A stretch of 64,000 nt of DNA, from assembly GCF_006345805.1 (NCBI RefSeq), contig NC_043000.1, forward strand, positions 106,516,001 to 106,580,000, written 5' to 3'. Of the stretch, positions 1-13,587 are shown one piece after another. The notes under the pieces are model-generated. The model had not been told where the DNA came from. It worked only from the letters and a program-made list of their open reading frames with translations, and searched no databases. Made by a program: the position numbers and the translations under genes. Positions within the stretch are counted from its first letter, which is position 1; every line of letters starts with the position of its first letter. This DNA is from Octopus sinensis. Lineage: Eukaryota.

Positions 1-509
1 CATCATCACCACAAACTCTGTCAGCCAGCTTACATGTCAGTCAGTGGTAAATATCTGTCTAATGCGCAAAACGATTTTGTTCAGCTCCAATGCTCAAGAA
101 TTACCAGTACTTTTTTCTTAATATTTTGGTTTGTAGCTACAGCTGAAATAATCATCAAACTGACCAATCAGAAGACGACTTCACCAATGCATTTCTTATC
201 CATTTCCATATTTCTTATCTTCACGATTAACCGTTTTTTGTGATATGCCTAGCGAGAAACATACAAACGAAAAAGAACCCCCCACCCCCTAAAAAACAAA
301 GGCAACCTAGCACAAAATTTAGAGGGTGGGATGAAAGAGGGTAACAAATAGGAAGCGTTGTTGTGTTTTCTGATAAGATAACGGAAATCAGTAATCTACA
401 TAAAAAAACTGCAAGATTGAATGATTTGAATCCACATCCTGCACCATATTTGATTGTTGCAGTAGGATTATGTTTGTTTTGCTTCGTCTATTTTTTTCTC
501 GATTAAAGT

Positions 510-520
510 GCATACATACA

Positions 521-551
<31 letters not shown>

Positions 552-1632
552 CATACATACATACATACATACGTACGTACGTACATACATACATACATAG
601 TGCATGCCTGCATACATACATACATACGTACATACATACATACATGCATGCCTGCATATATACGTACATACGTACATACATACGTACATACATACATACA
701 TACATACAACATACATACATACATACATACATACATACATACATGCATGCCTGCATATATACATACATACATACGTACATACATACATACATGCATGCCT
801 GCATATATACATATATACATACATACATACATACATACATACATACATACGTACATACATACATACATACATACATGGATGCATGCCTGCACATATACAT
901 AAATACATACGTACATACATACATACATGCATGCCTGCATATATACATACATACATACATACATACATACATACATACATACATACATACTTACATACAT
1001 ACATACGTACGTAAGTACATACATACATACATACATACATACATACATACATACATACATACATACATACATACGTACGTAAGTACATACATACATACAT
1101 AGTGCATGCCTGCATACATACATACATACATACATACGTACATACATAAATACATACATACATGGATGCATGCCTGCATATATGCACACATACATACGTA
1201 CATACATACATACATGCATGCCTGCATGCATACATACATAAATACATACATACATACATACATACATACATACATACATACATACATACATACATACATA
1301 CATACGTACGTACATACATACATACATAGTGCATGCCTGCATACATACATACATACATACATACATACATACATACATACATACATACGTACATACATAC
1401 ATACATACATACATACATACATACATGCATGCATGCCTGCATATATACATACATACGTACGTACGTACATACATACTTACATACATACATACATACATAC
1501 ATACACACACATACATACATACATACATACATACATACATACATACATACATACATACATACATACATACATACATACATACATACATACACGGATGCAT
1601 GCATGCATACATACATGCATGCATACATAAAT
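510..1632. repeat. Compound (ATAC)n microsatellite with recurring ATGCATGCCTGC and ACGTACGT interruptions
   Basis: Read directly from the sequence; explains the YIHT/MYVC ORFs in the track. Confidence 0.97.
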
Positions 1633-1794
1633 ATATACAAATATGGCTGTCTGCTAAATGCCAATGAGCGAAACTCTCGGTCCTTGAGTCACTCTGTAAC
1701 TTCCGCCACTAACATAAAAATAGAATATACCCATGTTTTGAGTTTCATTTTCTTGTTTGTATCAACACACATACATACACGCATATACGCACGC

Positions 1795-1886
1795 GTATGT
1801 ATGTATGTATGTATGTATGTATGTATGTATGTATGTATGTATGTATGTATGTATGTACGTATATACATATAACATGCATAAATATG

Positions 1887-1925
<39 letters not shown>

Positions 1926-2310
1926 TATATGTATTATACATGTATACATACATACATACATACATACATACATACAGATAGACAGACAGACAGACAGACA
2001 CATACATATGTATTTGTCTGTATCTCTATGTATTATGTATGTATGTATGTATAATATGTACATATATTATGTATAATTATGTACATATTATGCATATATA
2101 CATCTATATCTGTCTGTCTGTCTGTATGTATGTATGTATGTGTGTGTCTGCCTGCATGTATGTGTCTGTCTGTATGTATGTGTATGTATGTACGTATGTA
2201 TGTATGTATGTATAAATGTATGTATGTATGTATGTATGCATGTATGTATGCATGTATGTATGTATGTATGTTTGTATGTATGTATGTATGTATGTATCTA
2301 TGTATGTATG

Positions 2311-2340
<30 letters not shown>
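1795..2340. repeat. (GTAT)n/(TA)n/(GACA)n compound microsatellite
   Basis: Read directly from the sequence. Confidence 0.95.
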
Positions 2341-2341
<1 letters not shown>

Positions 2342-2683
2342 GAGCAATTGTTATTGAAAAGAGATAAAAACAAAAGAATGCCAAGCAAAATTAGCCCAAA
2401 GGAGTTACAGTGAAACACAGCGTAGGAGGTGAAGACAATTCATTCAATGTTGTTTTTCCTGTAGACAACTCATTTTCGTTATCTTATCAGAAAACACACC
2501 ACTGCTTTACAGTTATTACACCCTTTCATTCCACCTTCTAAATTTCGTATTTAATGCTGCTTGCTATTGTTTTCATTTGTATGACACACAAACACAGTTA
2601 ATCACGAAATATATTAGTGTATTACGAAATGTATTAATGAAAAGTACTTACCACGCCTCAGAATACGTTTTAACTAGTTTCTT

Positions 2684-2964
2684 GAGGCGTGGCTGTGTGG
2701 TAAGAAGCTTGCTTCTCAACCACGTAGTTTCAGGTTCGGTCTCACTGCGTAGCACATTGGGCAAGAGCCTTCTTGTATAGCCCCAGGCCGGCGAAAGCCT
2801 TGTGAGTAAATTTGGTAAACGGAAACTGAAAGAAACATTCCTATATATAAGGTCGACTTAACCCAAAGGACCATAAGTATTGGAATTAATTTACTCGACT
2901 AAACCCTTCAATGCAGAGCCCCAGTACGGCTGCAGTCCTATGACTGAAATAGATAAAAGATAAA
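2684..2964 (+). mobile_element. Degenerate, internally deleted tRNA-derived SINE (family A)
   Basis: Head GCGTGGCTGTGTGGTAAGAAGCTTGC, GGAAACTGAAAGAA core and GACTGAAATAGATAAAAG tail match the younger copy at 7348-7779. Confidence 0.8.
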
Positions 2965-3099
2965 AATTGGTCACATTCTTTGTCTATTGTCTAATGTTTA
3001 TTTCAACCGTTACTTTGCAAACTAAAGTCTAACAACAGTTGGTAATTCTTCAGAATTGGAGTAAAATACCGTTGTTCTACTCACAAGACAGATACTTAC

Positions 3100-3209
3100 C
3101 ATGTTTTGATACCTTGTTGGTTGTTATTGGAGGTGGTGTCATTTAGTTGTAAATCTGCACTTAGTGAGGTGACATGTGATCCAAAGCATTTTGGATTAAT
3201 TATATTCAT
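3100..3209 (-). CDS. Candidate first coding exon of an unidentified gene (MNIINPKCFGSHVTSLSADLQLNDTTSNNNQQGIKT + TG)
   Basis: ATG at 3209, 36 open codons, strong donor CATG|GTAAGTAT. The donor flank is conserved in the paralogous block at 47-60. No homology recognised. Confidence 0.22.
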
Positions 3210-4063
3210 TATTCATTTATTTTTAATTTTTATAAATCACATTTAAGTCTTAATTTATTATATATCGCATCGGGTTCATTGCATACCAAGCAGTAAGAGC
3301 GACAAAGGATTGTCTGTGTAATCCAGATTGAAAAATATATAACGATAAGATATTTCTGCACGTATGTCACAATTGTAATCGGTAGAGCTGAAGCCGATAG
3401 AAAGAACACGAATTTTGTCGAGATTTTAAATGCTAAAAGTACTTATGTTTGTCGTTAATAGCTATATACTATGGTTACTACGAGCGACGTTTGTTTTAGA
3501 TGTTGCCATCGAGTACGATAATAATCACTGTTATTTGATTAAGCAGCTAGCTCTGCCTTCGTCGTCATCTGTTGTCTTGACTGTTACAGACATGTGTGTA
3601 TCACTGTTGCATACAGAATCTGTTGGCTAGTGGGAAAAGAAGTTCTATTTAGAATTCATATCTGCCGAAGTTGCAGAGGCGCAAAAAAGTGCCCAAAAAC
3701 AAACAAAAAAAACTTGCTGATACGATCCTGTTTATCAGATGTCTGTGTGGTCAGTTTTATTTATTTATTTATTTATTGATATTATTAACAATTGGGTAAA
3801 TCGTGTTCGTGTTTAGTTGTTTCTGCATCTGATACAGTGGTTCGGGTTCGATTTGAGACCGCCAAATATTCATGATACAAAAGTATCACACACGATATAT
3901 TTTTCTTATACAAAATCAAAGCCGTCTCGGTTTTTTCGTCGATGTATACGTTTTTCGGCGACATACAGCGGCGAAAAAATCACAATCATAAATACAAGCA
4001 GACATGCGTAATACATTCTTTCATGTATTCGTATGTACGTACATTCAGACTGACATGTATGAT

Positions 4064-4098
<35 letters not shown>

Positions 4099-4451
4099 AC
4101 ACACACAACATACACGCGCACACACACACACACACACTTATATGTACATATGATGTATACATGATTTCATTTTAATCATTATGATTTATAAAAGGGGTCT
4201 TTCTTTCCCCTATCTCTCTGTTACATAACATGTGTATGTATGTATGTATGTATGTATGTATGTATGTTGTTATGTATGTATGTATGTATGTATGTATGTA
4301 TATATATATATATACACATATATATATACATATACATACACATATATACATATATACATATATATACATATATATATATATATATACATATACTTATACA
4401 TACATGCACACACACACATATATGTAATATATATAGACATGTATCTCTCTC

Positions 4452-4502
<51 letters not shown>

Positions 4503-4855
4503 AACGTACATATACATATATATATACATGCATCGATGCGTACATACATACATACATACATACATACATACATACATACATAATACATACATACACACAC
4601 ATACATACATACATACATACTTACATACATACATACGTACATCCATCCATCCATCCATCCATCCATCCTCCATAGATACATACATGCATACGTACATATA
4701 TACGTACATATATTTATAGCAGGGCTGCGACATTAGTCCCTAGTGAAGGAAAACATAGGAGAAAATACTTAATGTAACTTAAGTTTAGAATCTACTCCGG
4801 CGTCTGTCTGTCTATCTGTCAATGTAATATTTGTATGTATGAATGTATGTATGTT

Positions 4856-4901
<46 letters not shown>

Positions 4902-5059
4902 GTATCAACATTAACAGAAGCACGACAGAATAATGTAATAGTAAGACATTCTAAAGTTATTTAAGGTACGTAATTCGAAAGTTGCGAAAGTTGGTTTGAA
5001 AGCAAAATTCCAAACCAAATAATCATGTGTAAGAATGAAGATGATGCCAAAGAAGAGAT

Positions 5060-5970
5060 TACTTGGATAGAGAAATATCTTTGTCTTTCTGCATATGTCT
5101 CGCCGACTCCAGAGGCGCTTTTCTAGCCTTCCGAAAGCAATACTTGCTTTCCTAATTCCATATGGAATTTCATCATCCAAATTGCTATATCTATTATTAG
5201 TGCTTCCCAGGTAGATAAACTGATCAACTACATCAAATCGTTTACCATACATATAGATATTTGGTACACTATACTGCTTACCAGGGGCAGGTTGGTACAT
5301 GACAACAGTTTTCTTGAGATTGACTGTCAATCCTAAGGCAGTGCAAGCTTCAGAGAATGCATTCAAAATGTGTTGCATATCAATCTCTGTGTGTGCTACT
5401 AGCTCACAATCATCTACATACAAAAGGTCTCTTATGATAGAGGTAAATACCTTTGTTTTTGCAGCAAAGCGCCTGATATTAAATATGCTGCCAGAGGTTC
5501 GATAATTGATGTAAACACCGCATCTGCAGTTTCTGAATGCAATACGGAACACCATTGCAAAATATATGGCAAATAGGGTCGGTGCCAGAATATCTCCCTG
5601 TTTCACTCCTTTTTGTATTGAAATGAGCTCCGACATTTTCCCTCTAACATTCACCCTACCATTCATGTCTACATAAAAAGACCTAACCAAAGCAAGGAAC
5701 TTTTCAGGACACGCAAGTTTCTGGAGGACTTTCCACAATGCTTTTCTATCGACGGTATCAAAGGCTTTTGTTAGATCGACAAAAACCTGATACAAATCCA
5801 GACCCTGTTCCACACACTTCTCCCGAAGCTGTCTAGCTGAAAAGATCATATCAGCAGTGCCATGTCACACACAAAAGCCAGATTGACTTTCTGGAAGAAC
5901 ACAATCTGCAACGTATTTCAGCAGACGATCCAGAAGTACCCTGCATAAAACTTTTCCTACGACAAACAGC
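5060..5970 (-). mobile_element. RTE-clade (BovB-like) LINE reverse transcriptase fragment
   Basis: ORF 4911-5849 has FVDLTKAFDTV, GVKQGDILAPTLF, LLYVDDC, GLTVNLKKT and FIYLGS motifs; LPESQSGF lies just upstream. Confidence 0.93.
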
Positions 5971-6001
5971 AATGATGCTCCCCTATAATTACCACAATCA
6001 T

Positions 6002-6113
<112 letters not shown>

Positions 6114-6172
6114 AACATATACACGCATACATTCGTACATATATACATACATGTGTTTGTGTTGCTCGCATG

Positions 6173-6223
<51 letters not shown>

Positions 6224-6569
6224 ATGTATGTATGTATGTATACATATATGCATATTATTTTTAATTAGCAGAATTAGAAAGTGACCCAAGGGCCGAGAAT
6301 TTCTCGTATGGCACTTATCAACCTACTTCAAAGTTTAAGAGTCTGCTTTTATATAGATTGACTTATAACTGTAATTATATTTATCTTCTGAATATTCGAA
6401 AAGCAAAATTGACATCGATGCGAAACCGACGCTAACATTCTGCCCAGTTATATGCCGTAACCAATATAATATTACTTTACGATATAAAAATATATCCGCT
6501 CTATTACTTGCGTTGAAAGTGTATTTTTTTCCTGATTTATGAACATATATCCATATCTATTTAGTGGGG

Positions 6570-6813
6570 AAGAGAAGAAGAAGAAGAAGAAGAAGAAGAA
6601 GAAGAAGAAGAAGAAGAGGAGAAGAAGAAGAAGAAGAAGAAGAGGAGGAGGAGGAGAAAGAAGAAGAAGAAGAGGAAGAATAGGAAGAGGAGGAAAAAGA
6701 AGAAGAAAGGAAGTGGAAGAAGAGGAAAAAGAAGAAGAAAGGAAGTGGAAGAAGAGGAAAAAGAAGAGAGGAAGTGGAAGAAGAGGAAAAAGAAGAAAGG
6801 AAGTGGAAGAAGA

Positions 6814-6861
<48 letters not shown>

Positions 6862-7110
6862 AGAGGAAGAAGAAGAAAGGATGTGGAAGAAGAAGAAGAA
6901 GACGACAACGACGACGACGAAGAAGAAGAAGAAAAAGAAGAATAAGAAGAATAAGAAGAATAAAAAGAAGGATAAGAAGAAGAAGAAGAAGGAGGAGGAG
7001 GAGGAGGAGAAGAAGAAGAAGAAGAAGAAGAAGAAGAAGAAGAAGAAGAAGAAGAAGAAGAAGAAGAAGAAGAAGAAGAAGAAGAAGAAGAAGGAAGTGG
7101 AAAAAGAAGG
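6570..7110. repeat. Long (GAA)n/(GAG)n polypurine tract
   Basis: About 540 nt that are almost all purine on the + strand. Confidence 0.95.
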
Positions 7111-7347
7111 AAGCGGAAAATAAAGCTGTAAATGTGTAACAGTTGCTTTTACTGCAGATAACTAATTTCATTATCTTATCATGAAACGCATCACCGCATC
7201 TTAGTTGTTACACCCTTTTCATTCCACCTATTTAATGTTCCTTGTTTTTCTTTCTTTCTTTTGTATGTTTCTAGCTTAGTGTGACTCACGAGTATAAATG
7301 ATTGAGACAAAAAAAAAAAAAATGCGCTCAAGAAAATGAAGCGTATA

Positions 7348-7512
7348 GGCGCAGGAGTGGCTGTGTGGTAAGTAGCTTGCTAACCAGCCTCATGGTTCCG
7401 GGTTCAGTCCCACTGCGTGGCACCTTGGGCAAGTGTCTTCTGCTATAGCCCCGGGCCGACCAATGCCTTGTGAGTGGATTTGGTAGACGGAAACTGAAAG
7501 AAGCCTGTCGTA

Positions 7513-7553
<41 letters not shown>

Positions 7554-7779
7554 CTGTGTTTGTGTGTCTGTGTTTGTTCCCCTAGCATTGCTTGACAACC
7601 GATGCTGGTGTGTTTACGTCCCCGTTACTTAGCGGTTCGGCAAAAAGAGACCGATAGAATAAGTACTGGGCTTACAAAAAGAATAAGTCCCGGGGTCGAG
7701 TTGCTCGACTAAAGGCGGTGCTCCAGCATGGCCGCAGTCAAATGACTGAAACAAGTAAAAGAGTAAAGAGTAAAAGAGT
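7348..7779 (+). mobile_element. Young full-length tRNA-derived SINE (family A) with internal (TA)n(TG)n
   Basis: A-box-like TGGCTGTGTGG, B-box-like GGTTCAGTCC, near-identical copies at 57210-57620 and 61905-62325, (AAGAGT)n tail. Confidence 0.92.
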
Positions 7780-7924
7780 ATTAGTGAGAATGTCTTCTAA
7801 TTGGCTACATTCTTTGTTTTTTGTTTAATATTTATTTCAGCTGTAGCTGCGAACCAAAATCCGACAACGATTGCCAATTCTTCAGAATTAGAGGTGAATA
7901 AAATCGTTTCCGCTCATAAATATA

Positions 7925-8102
7925 AATATTGATTTCAAATTTTGGTGCAAGGCCAGCAATTTCAGGAGAGGGGATAAGTCGATTACATCGACTCCAGTAC
8001 TTAAATGGTACTTATTTTACTGACTCCGAAAGGATGAAAGCAAAGCCGACCTCGGCGGAATTTGAACTCGGAACGTAAAGACGGACGAAACGCCGCTAAA
8101 CA
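7925..8102 (-). mobile_element. tRNA-derived SINE (family B)
   Basis: B-box GAGTTCAAATTCC on the minus strand and GGTACTTATTTTA..GACTCCGAAAGGATGAAAG core; related copies at 28560-28770, 30730-30890 and 52480-52680. Confidence 0.8.
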
Positions 8103-8267
8103 TTTTGACTGCAGCCATGCTGGAGTACCATCTTGAAGGGTTTTTAGTCTAGTACTTATTCTATCGGTCTCTTTTGCTGAACAACAAATTTACGGAGACA
8201 TTAACAGACCAACACCGGTTGTGAAGCGGTGATGGGGGAAAACATAGACACAAAGACACACACATAG

Positions 8268-8298
<31 letters not shown>

Positions 8299-8321
8299 CA
8301 CACACACAGACACAACACACA

Positions 8322-8374
<53 letters not shown>

Positions 8375-8509
8375 TATATATACGACGGGCTTCTTTCAGT
8401 TTCCGTCTACCAAATCAAGTCATAACGCTTTGGTCGGCCCGAGGCTATAATAAGGTGCCATGCAGTGGGACTGAACCCAGTACCATGTGGTTGGGAAGCA
8501 AACTTCCTA

Positions 8510-8512
<3 letters not shown>
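8103..8512 (-). mobile_element. SINE family A copy, reverse orientation
   Basis: Reverse complement of the 7348-7779 head and tail. Confidence 0.82.
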
Positions 8513-8552
<40 letters not shown>

Positions 8553-8878
8553 GTAAGAGAAGGAATATAATATCCAGGCAGACACCGAATTTCTCTGAGT
8601 AAAATGCCAAGGCTGGTTCCTTCAGATGGTCCGTTTTTTGGTAAACTTCCTTTAGCTCCTATCCGATGTTACAGTTTATTTCTTGGCTACTCAGAGTGTA
8701 AATACAATATTGATAATAAAGAGAATGAAGAATTTGAACGTTCAAAATTTGTTTGTTTCCATTTAGTTTATTCAGAATAATTGTCCGACACGTGTTTCGA
8801 CCGCATTAACTGCATGTAGTTGCATATCTATATGTAGCGATTTATGCATTATTAGTACGATCTCTTTGTAGATCTTGA

Positions 8879-8935
<57 letters not shown>

Positions 8936-9172
8936 CAAGCCTAATTCAAACTAATAGCGGAGGAAAATTTCTCTTCGAACAATCTCATACTTATATGCCC
9001 TAAAGAGAACGTACTAATAATGCATAAATCGCTGCATATAAATATGCAACAATATATAGTTATTGCAATCAAAACACGTTTCGGACAAGTATTATAAATA
9101 ATCTGAATGGTAAAATTCTTCATTTTCCTTATCTTTACGTTCTGTGTTCAATATATATATATATATATATAT

Positions 9173-9345
9173 AACAATTGCAGCGTGGAAGGTGTTTATA
9201 AGCCATTTAAGAAACACACAAAAGCCGTTCGATTCACTTCAACTTTTAAGTTTAATTTGTCAAAATATTTAAAAGTTGAAGTGAATCGCACGGCTTTTGT
9301 GTGTTTCTTAAATGGCTTATAAACACCTTCCACGCTGCAATTGTT
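9173..9345. repeat. Near-perfect fold-back palindrome (77-bp arms, 1 mismatch, about 19-nt loop)
   Basis: AACAATTGCAGCGTGG...CTTTTAA pairs with TTAAAAG...CCACGCTGCAATTGTT. Confidence 0.95.
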
Positions 9346-9641
9346 TTCGTTTCAGCATTCGATCTCAGATCAAATTACTTGCTATGCGAGTACATTTCCG
9401 TAATATATATATATATGATAGAAATATGTTTCAAAAGCAAAATAGAAATTACACGTGGAAAAAATATGGGGAAAGTAAGAAGAATAAAAGCGAAAATGCA
9501 CATTGGATATCAAAAAAATAAAGGCTTTTTTAATGAAAAGTAACGATAAATATATACAATTAGATGAAGTGAGAAAATTAAGAGGAATAAAAGTCATTAT
9601 TATGAATTGTTAAAGGGATTCAAAGTCACACCGGTTTCGTT

Positions 9642-9732
9642 AATTACTCTTCACTGGCTTTGAATGCGCACCGATTACCAAACGGTAATATTTTGGTAAT
9701 CGGTGCGCATTCAAAGCCAGTGAACAGTAATT
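9642..9732. repeat. Fold-back palindrome (41-bp arms, 1 mismatch, 9-nt loop)
   Basis: AATTACTCTTCACTGGCTTTGAATGCGCACCGATTACCAAA and its reverse complement. Confidence 0.95.
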
Positions 9733-10617
9733 GGCGTTTTTTTTCTTCATACTTTCCTCACACACACACACACACACATACACACACACACACATACACA
9801 CATACACACACAGTTTTCATAAAAATTTCATCGCTTTCAGATTAAACATCACAAAGTCAGACAAGTATATTCTTCAAACCTTTCCAAAACAATTTATTTC
9901 TAAGATAGGTACAGATACAAGGTCACAAATTTCAAGTGAAATTAACGTGTCCCAGGGCAATTCCCCATATGAAGTCTCTAAAACGGTGCTTTCGTGAGAC
10001 ATCTGTGGAAATGAAAATTGTATCACTGATAGCTTTCTACGCTTGTTTCATTATTATCTATTTCTATGGATGTATGAAGTCATTTTTTTATCCACAACAA
10101 TAATTATTTGAGGTCATCACTCTTTGTGCCTGATCGGTTGTATGTATGGCAATTAAGGGATATAACATATTTCGATAACAGAGATAATAGAGAAAAACTG
10201 ATGGCATATTTAGAATCAGCGACCAAAATTTACCTAATATCTCAGACACTAAAATATGTGTCTCCCAGTGTATCTGTTAACATAAATCATTGTTACACTT
10301 TCAACTTCCTATTGTTTAAAGGCGGCGCAAATGTTGTTATCGTCTGCTGCAATAAATCACTGCTTACCTTCAAGAGTATCAACTTACATATTACAAAAGA
10401 AAGGAAAGCTGCTCTACTGTGGTAACCGCATTGCTTGCAGTTACTCTGGCGTTTTAATAACAAGAGGAGATAATCGCAGCGTAAACTACATGCGTATTTA
10501 GAGCTTGGAAATGAAATGTTCCAGTACATTCACAAGTAGGTCTTCTTTCTTCCTAAACTCAAAGCAGAAACGAGAAAAACCTGCGGTTTCCTTCCTACCT
10601 TTCTCATTTATCTTCTT

Positions 10618-10689
<72 letters not shown>

Positions 10690-10954
10690 AGACACAGACA
10701 CAGACACAGACACACACACACATGTTTTTATTTATAATCAGCAGAAGCTACAGTATGACTCAAGGGGCGAGAGTTTCCTGCATTTGATAAGTGCTAACGC
10801 ACCGAACTCTCAGCCCTTGATTTACTCTGTAACTTCTGCCAATTATTAATAAAAAGAACGTATAGATTCCCATGTTTTGAGTTCTATTTTCTTGTTTGTA
10901 TCACATACAAAACGTTCATACATACATACATACATACATACATACATACATACA

Positions 10955-11016
<62 letters not shown>

Positions 11017-11058
11017 ATATATATAATATATATATATACATACATACATCATACATAT

Positions 11059-11121
<63 letters not shown>

Positions 11122-11324
11122 CATATTGGTAAAACGGTAAGATAACAAAAGAAAGAAAGAGACCTCAAGAGACCTGTGGATTCCCACTTCGGCACCTTAT
11201 CTTGACTATCGAGTAATGTAACATATTATTTTATATATATTATATATATTATATATATATATATATGGTATAATTATAAACAGGATAAATTTTATCCATT
11301 TCTCCGCAGACTGAAATAAATGAC

Positions 11325-11374
11325 GAACAACTTAACGATTTTCAAACCTTATTGGGTTCTCATCAGAGGCGTCC
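11325..11374 (-). ncRNA. Minimal type I hammerhead-ribozyme-like motif
   Basis: Minus strand GGACGCCT-CTGATGA-GAACC(CAATAA)GGTTT-GAAA-ATCG-TTA-AGTTGTTC: intact core, 5-bp stem II, wobble-rich stem I, very short stem III. Confidence 0.6.
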
Positions 11375-11569
11375 ACATCACTTTGACAATAACCAGAGAA
11401 GCAAGCATCCAAATTGTTTATATACTGAACAAATGCAGCAGTTACTCTATGAAGGAGTCTCTAATTTGCATACCGAAAGTGTTTAACACTATAGATACCA
11501 GCGGCCTGTCAATGGGGATCTTAGTCCACACAATATCAAGGTATGATGTTATATATATGCAACATAACT

Positions 11570-13577
11570 CTACTCAATGTAGAGTTAAAGATTTTGGCCA
11601 AGGTGTTAGCAAAAAGGTTGATGCGTGTCGTGGAAAAGCTTGCAGGGAAAGTGCAGTCATGAGCCATTCCAGGCAGGTCGATCCAGGACAATCTTCACCT
11701 TATACGCTACACCTTAGACAGGGTAAATTAACCGGCAAAGGTGGGGCACCGGTCCATTTAGACTAAAGTAAAGCTATTGATAGAGTAGACCACAAGAACT
11801 TAGCGGCGGTCCTTGAAGCGGCTGGGCTGGGCCCGGACTTCCGTAGGTTTATCTCCGCAATGTATAGGGGCATCAAATCCACATTTCAGATAAACGGCTA
11901 CTTGTCGGAGCCGTTTTCGATCAATCACTCAGTTCGTCAAGGGTGTGCCCTGTCTCCGCTTCTGTATGTGTTGGCTCTTGAGCCATTACTGTGGAAGCTG
12001 GAGAATTTGGGGCGCACCCTCAATGAAATCAGATGCGGTAAGTCGGTCTCTACTTATGCGGATGACGTCACTATCATCGTGTCCAATGAGGCTCAGCTAC
12101 CTTGTGTAGAGGACGCTATCAAAGGATACGAGGCAGTGGCAGGGGTAAAAGTTAACAAGGACAAGTCCATCGGCTTGCGCCTCGGCACCTGGAGGAGCAA
12201 GTCGATATCGTCCAGTGTCGTGGGTCACTGGACAGATGGTCCTGTTAAGTTGCTTGGAGTTTGGTTTGGACAGGACTCAGTGACGAAGAATTGGAGGGGG
12301 TGGCAGACAGGGTGGAGGCCCTAGTTCAGACTTGGTCCGGACGGGCTCTGTCCCTGAAAGGGAGGGCGGGGGTGGTACAGGTGTTTATTGCATCTGTAAT
12401 CACTCACCGCCTTACCGTTGTCCCTTGCTCCGACTCGTGGCTAAACAAGTTGGAGCGCCTCCTCTTCCGCTTATTGTGGAAAGGAGGAAAGCCACTTGTG
12501 AGGCGCTCCGTCTGCTGCCAGGAACCGTTAAAGGGTGGATTAGGGATGCCCTGGCTAATGATGCGCAGACATGCGTTGAGGCTGAGACATCTCTGGCACT
12601 ACTTGGAAGGTGACAAGGTGTGGAATCCGCTGGAGGAGGAATTATTTCCGCGACCAGCCTCTTTGGAGAAATTCAGACCCGGTTTTATTAAAAGACGTAA
12701 TCTGACAGAATGGCAAAAGGAGTGTCGATAGGCACCCGTGCTAATCCACAAGACGGGCAAAACCGGCAGTGGGAATACCACCTCGGTTTGTGTAAAGGGC
12801 TGGTACAGTTTAAAAATGATGAGGTCCTAGGAGGGGCTCTGGGGGTTCGACGAGAACCAACTTGCCAACCTGTTCCAAAAAACTTTCAGGCCAGGGTATT
12901 TGGATAATTACCAAAAATCCCTGTTACCAAAAATCCCTGTTCGCGATAAGGCACAGAATGTCAATGCCAACGGCATGTCCAAGATGTGGGCTGGATGATG
13001 AAACCGTCCAGCACGCTTTTGTACAGTGCTGGAAGCTTTCAGGCTTGATAATTTACGTTGAACACGTGTTGTCACACCTAGGCAGAGTACAGCTATCAGC
13101 TAAGTCTATAATAAAGATTGTGCCGCCAACCGGACTCTCAAAGGGAGGTGAATCATGTTTTCTCTGTTCAGTTGCAGTGTTGAAAGAGTGTGGGTGGAAG
13201 ACCAGATTGCAAGGACTCGCGACGGAATCCTTTATATCTGGCCCTGGTTTTCTGACATACTTCAGATATCTGAAAAGCAAGATAGGGCTGGAGAGGAGAT
13301 ACCTGTCGTGAGGTGTGTTCGAGAAAAGATGGAAGGCTGTAGTAAGAAAGGTGGGTGCAAGTGACCCTGCTTAATCCTCATGGGAAAAGGAAAAGGTATA
13401 GTCGCCGGGCTTTTCAGCCCATCAGGTTTAATCTCCACCAAAAAAAGTCAAATTTTAATTATATATTATTCAATATTTTTAAAAACTAAGTATCATACGA
13501 ACTCATAATAACAATAATTGTTTGTATTGTCCTGTTTTGTCCCCTATATGTACAATATTAATTATCCTAATAAAAAA
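11570..13577 (+). mobile_element. 5'-truncated, frameshifted Tx1/L1-clade LINE (RT, C-terminal CxxC zinc motif, 3' UTR, A-rich end)
   Basis: ITLLNVELKILAKVLAKR, LD*SKAIDRVDH, VRQGCALSPLLY, YADDVT, KLLGVWF, CPRCGLDDETVQHAFVQC; ends ...CTAATAAAAAA. Confidence 0.92.
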
Positions 13578-13587
13578 TTCATCTCAA

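Noticed and set aside
388-2367. Long ORFs up to 398 aa (MYVC/YIHT repeats)
   Set aside because: Translations of tetranucleotide microsatellites that lack stops in several frames. The same applies to poly-YI, HT, CV, K/E/R and LSIY ORFs throughout the window.
3092-3105. ATACTTACC, resembling the 5' end of U1 snRNA
   Set aside because: No U1 stem-loops or Sm site follow. It is better read as the reverse complement of a splice donor.
7348-7430. tRNA-like A and B boxes
   Set aside because: These are SINE heads. They have no complete cloverleaf, so no tRNA gene is called.
8785-8860. GAAAC-ACGT-GTC on the minus strand
   Set aside because: The nearest core candidate is CTAATAA, far upstream, and it does not satisfy the 3:8 pairing or G5.
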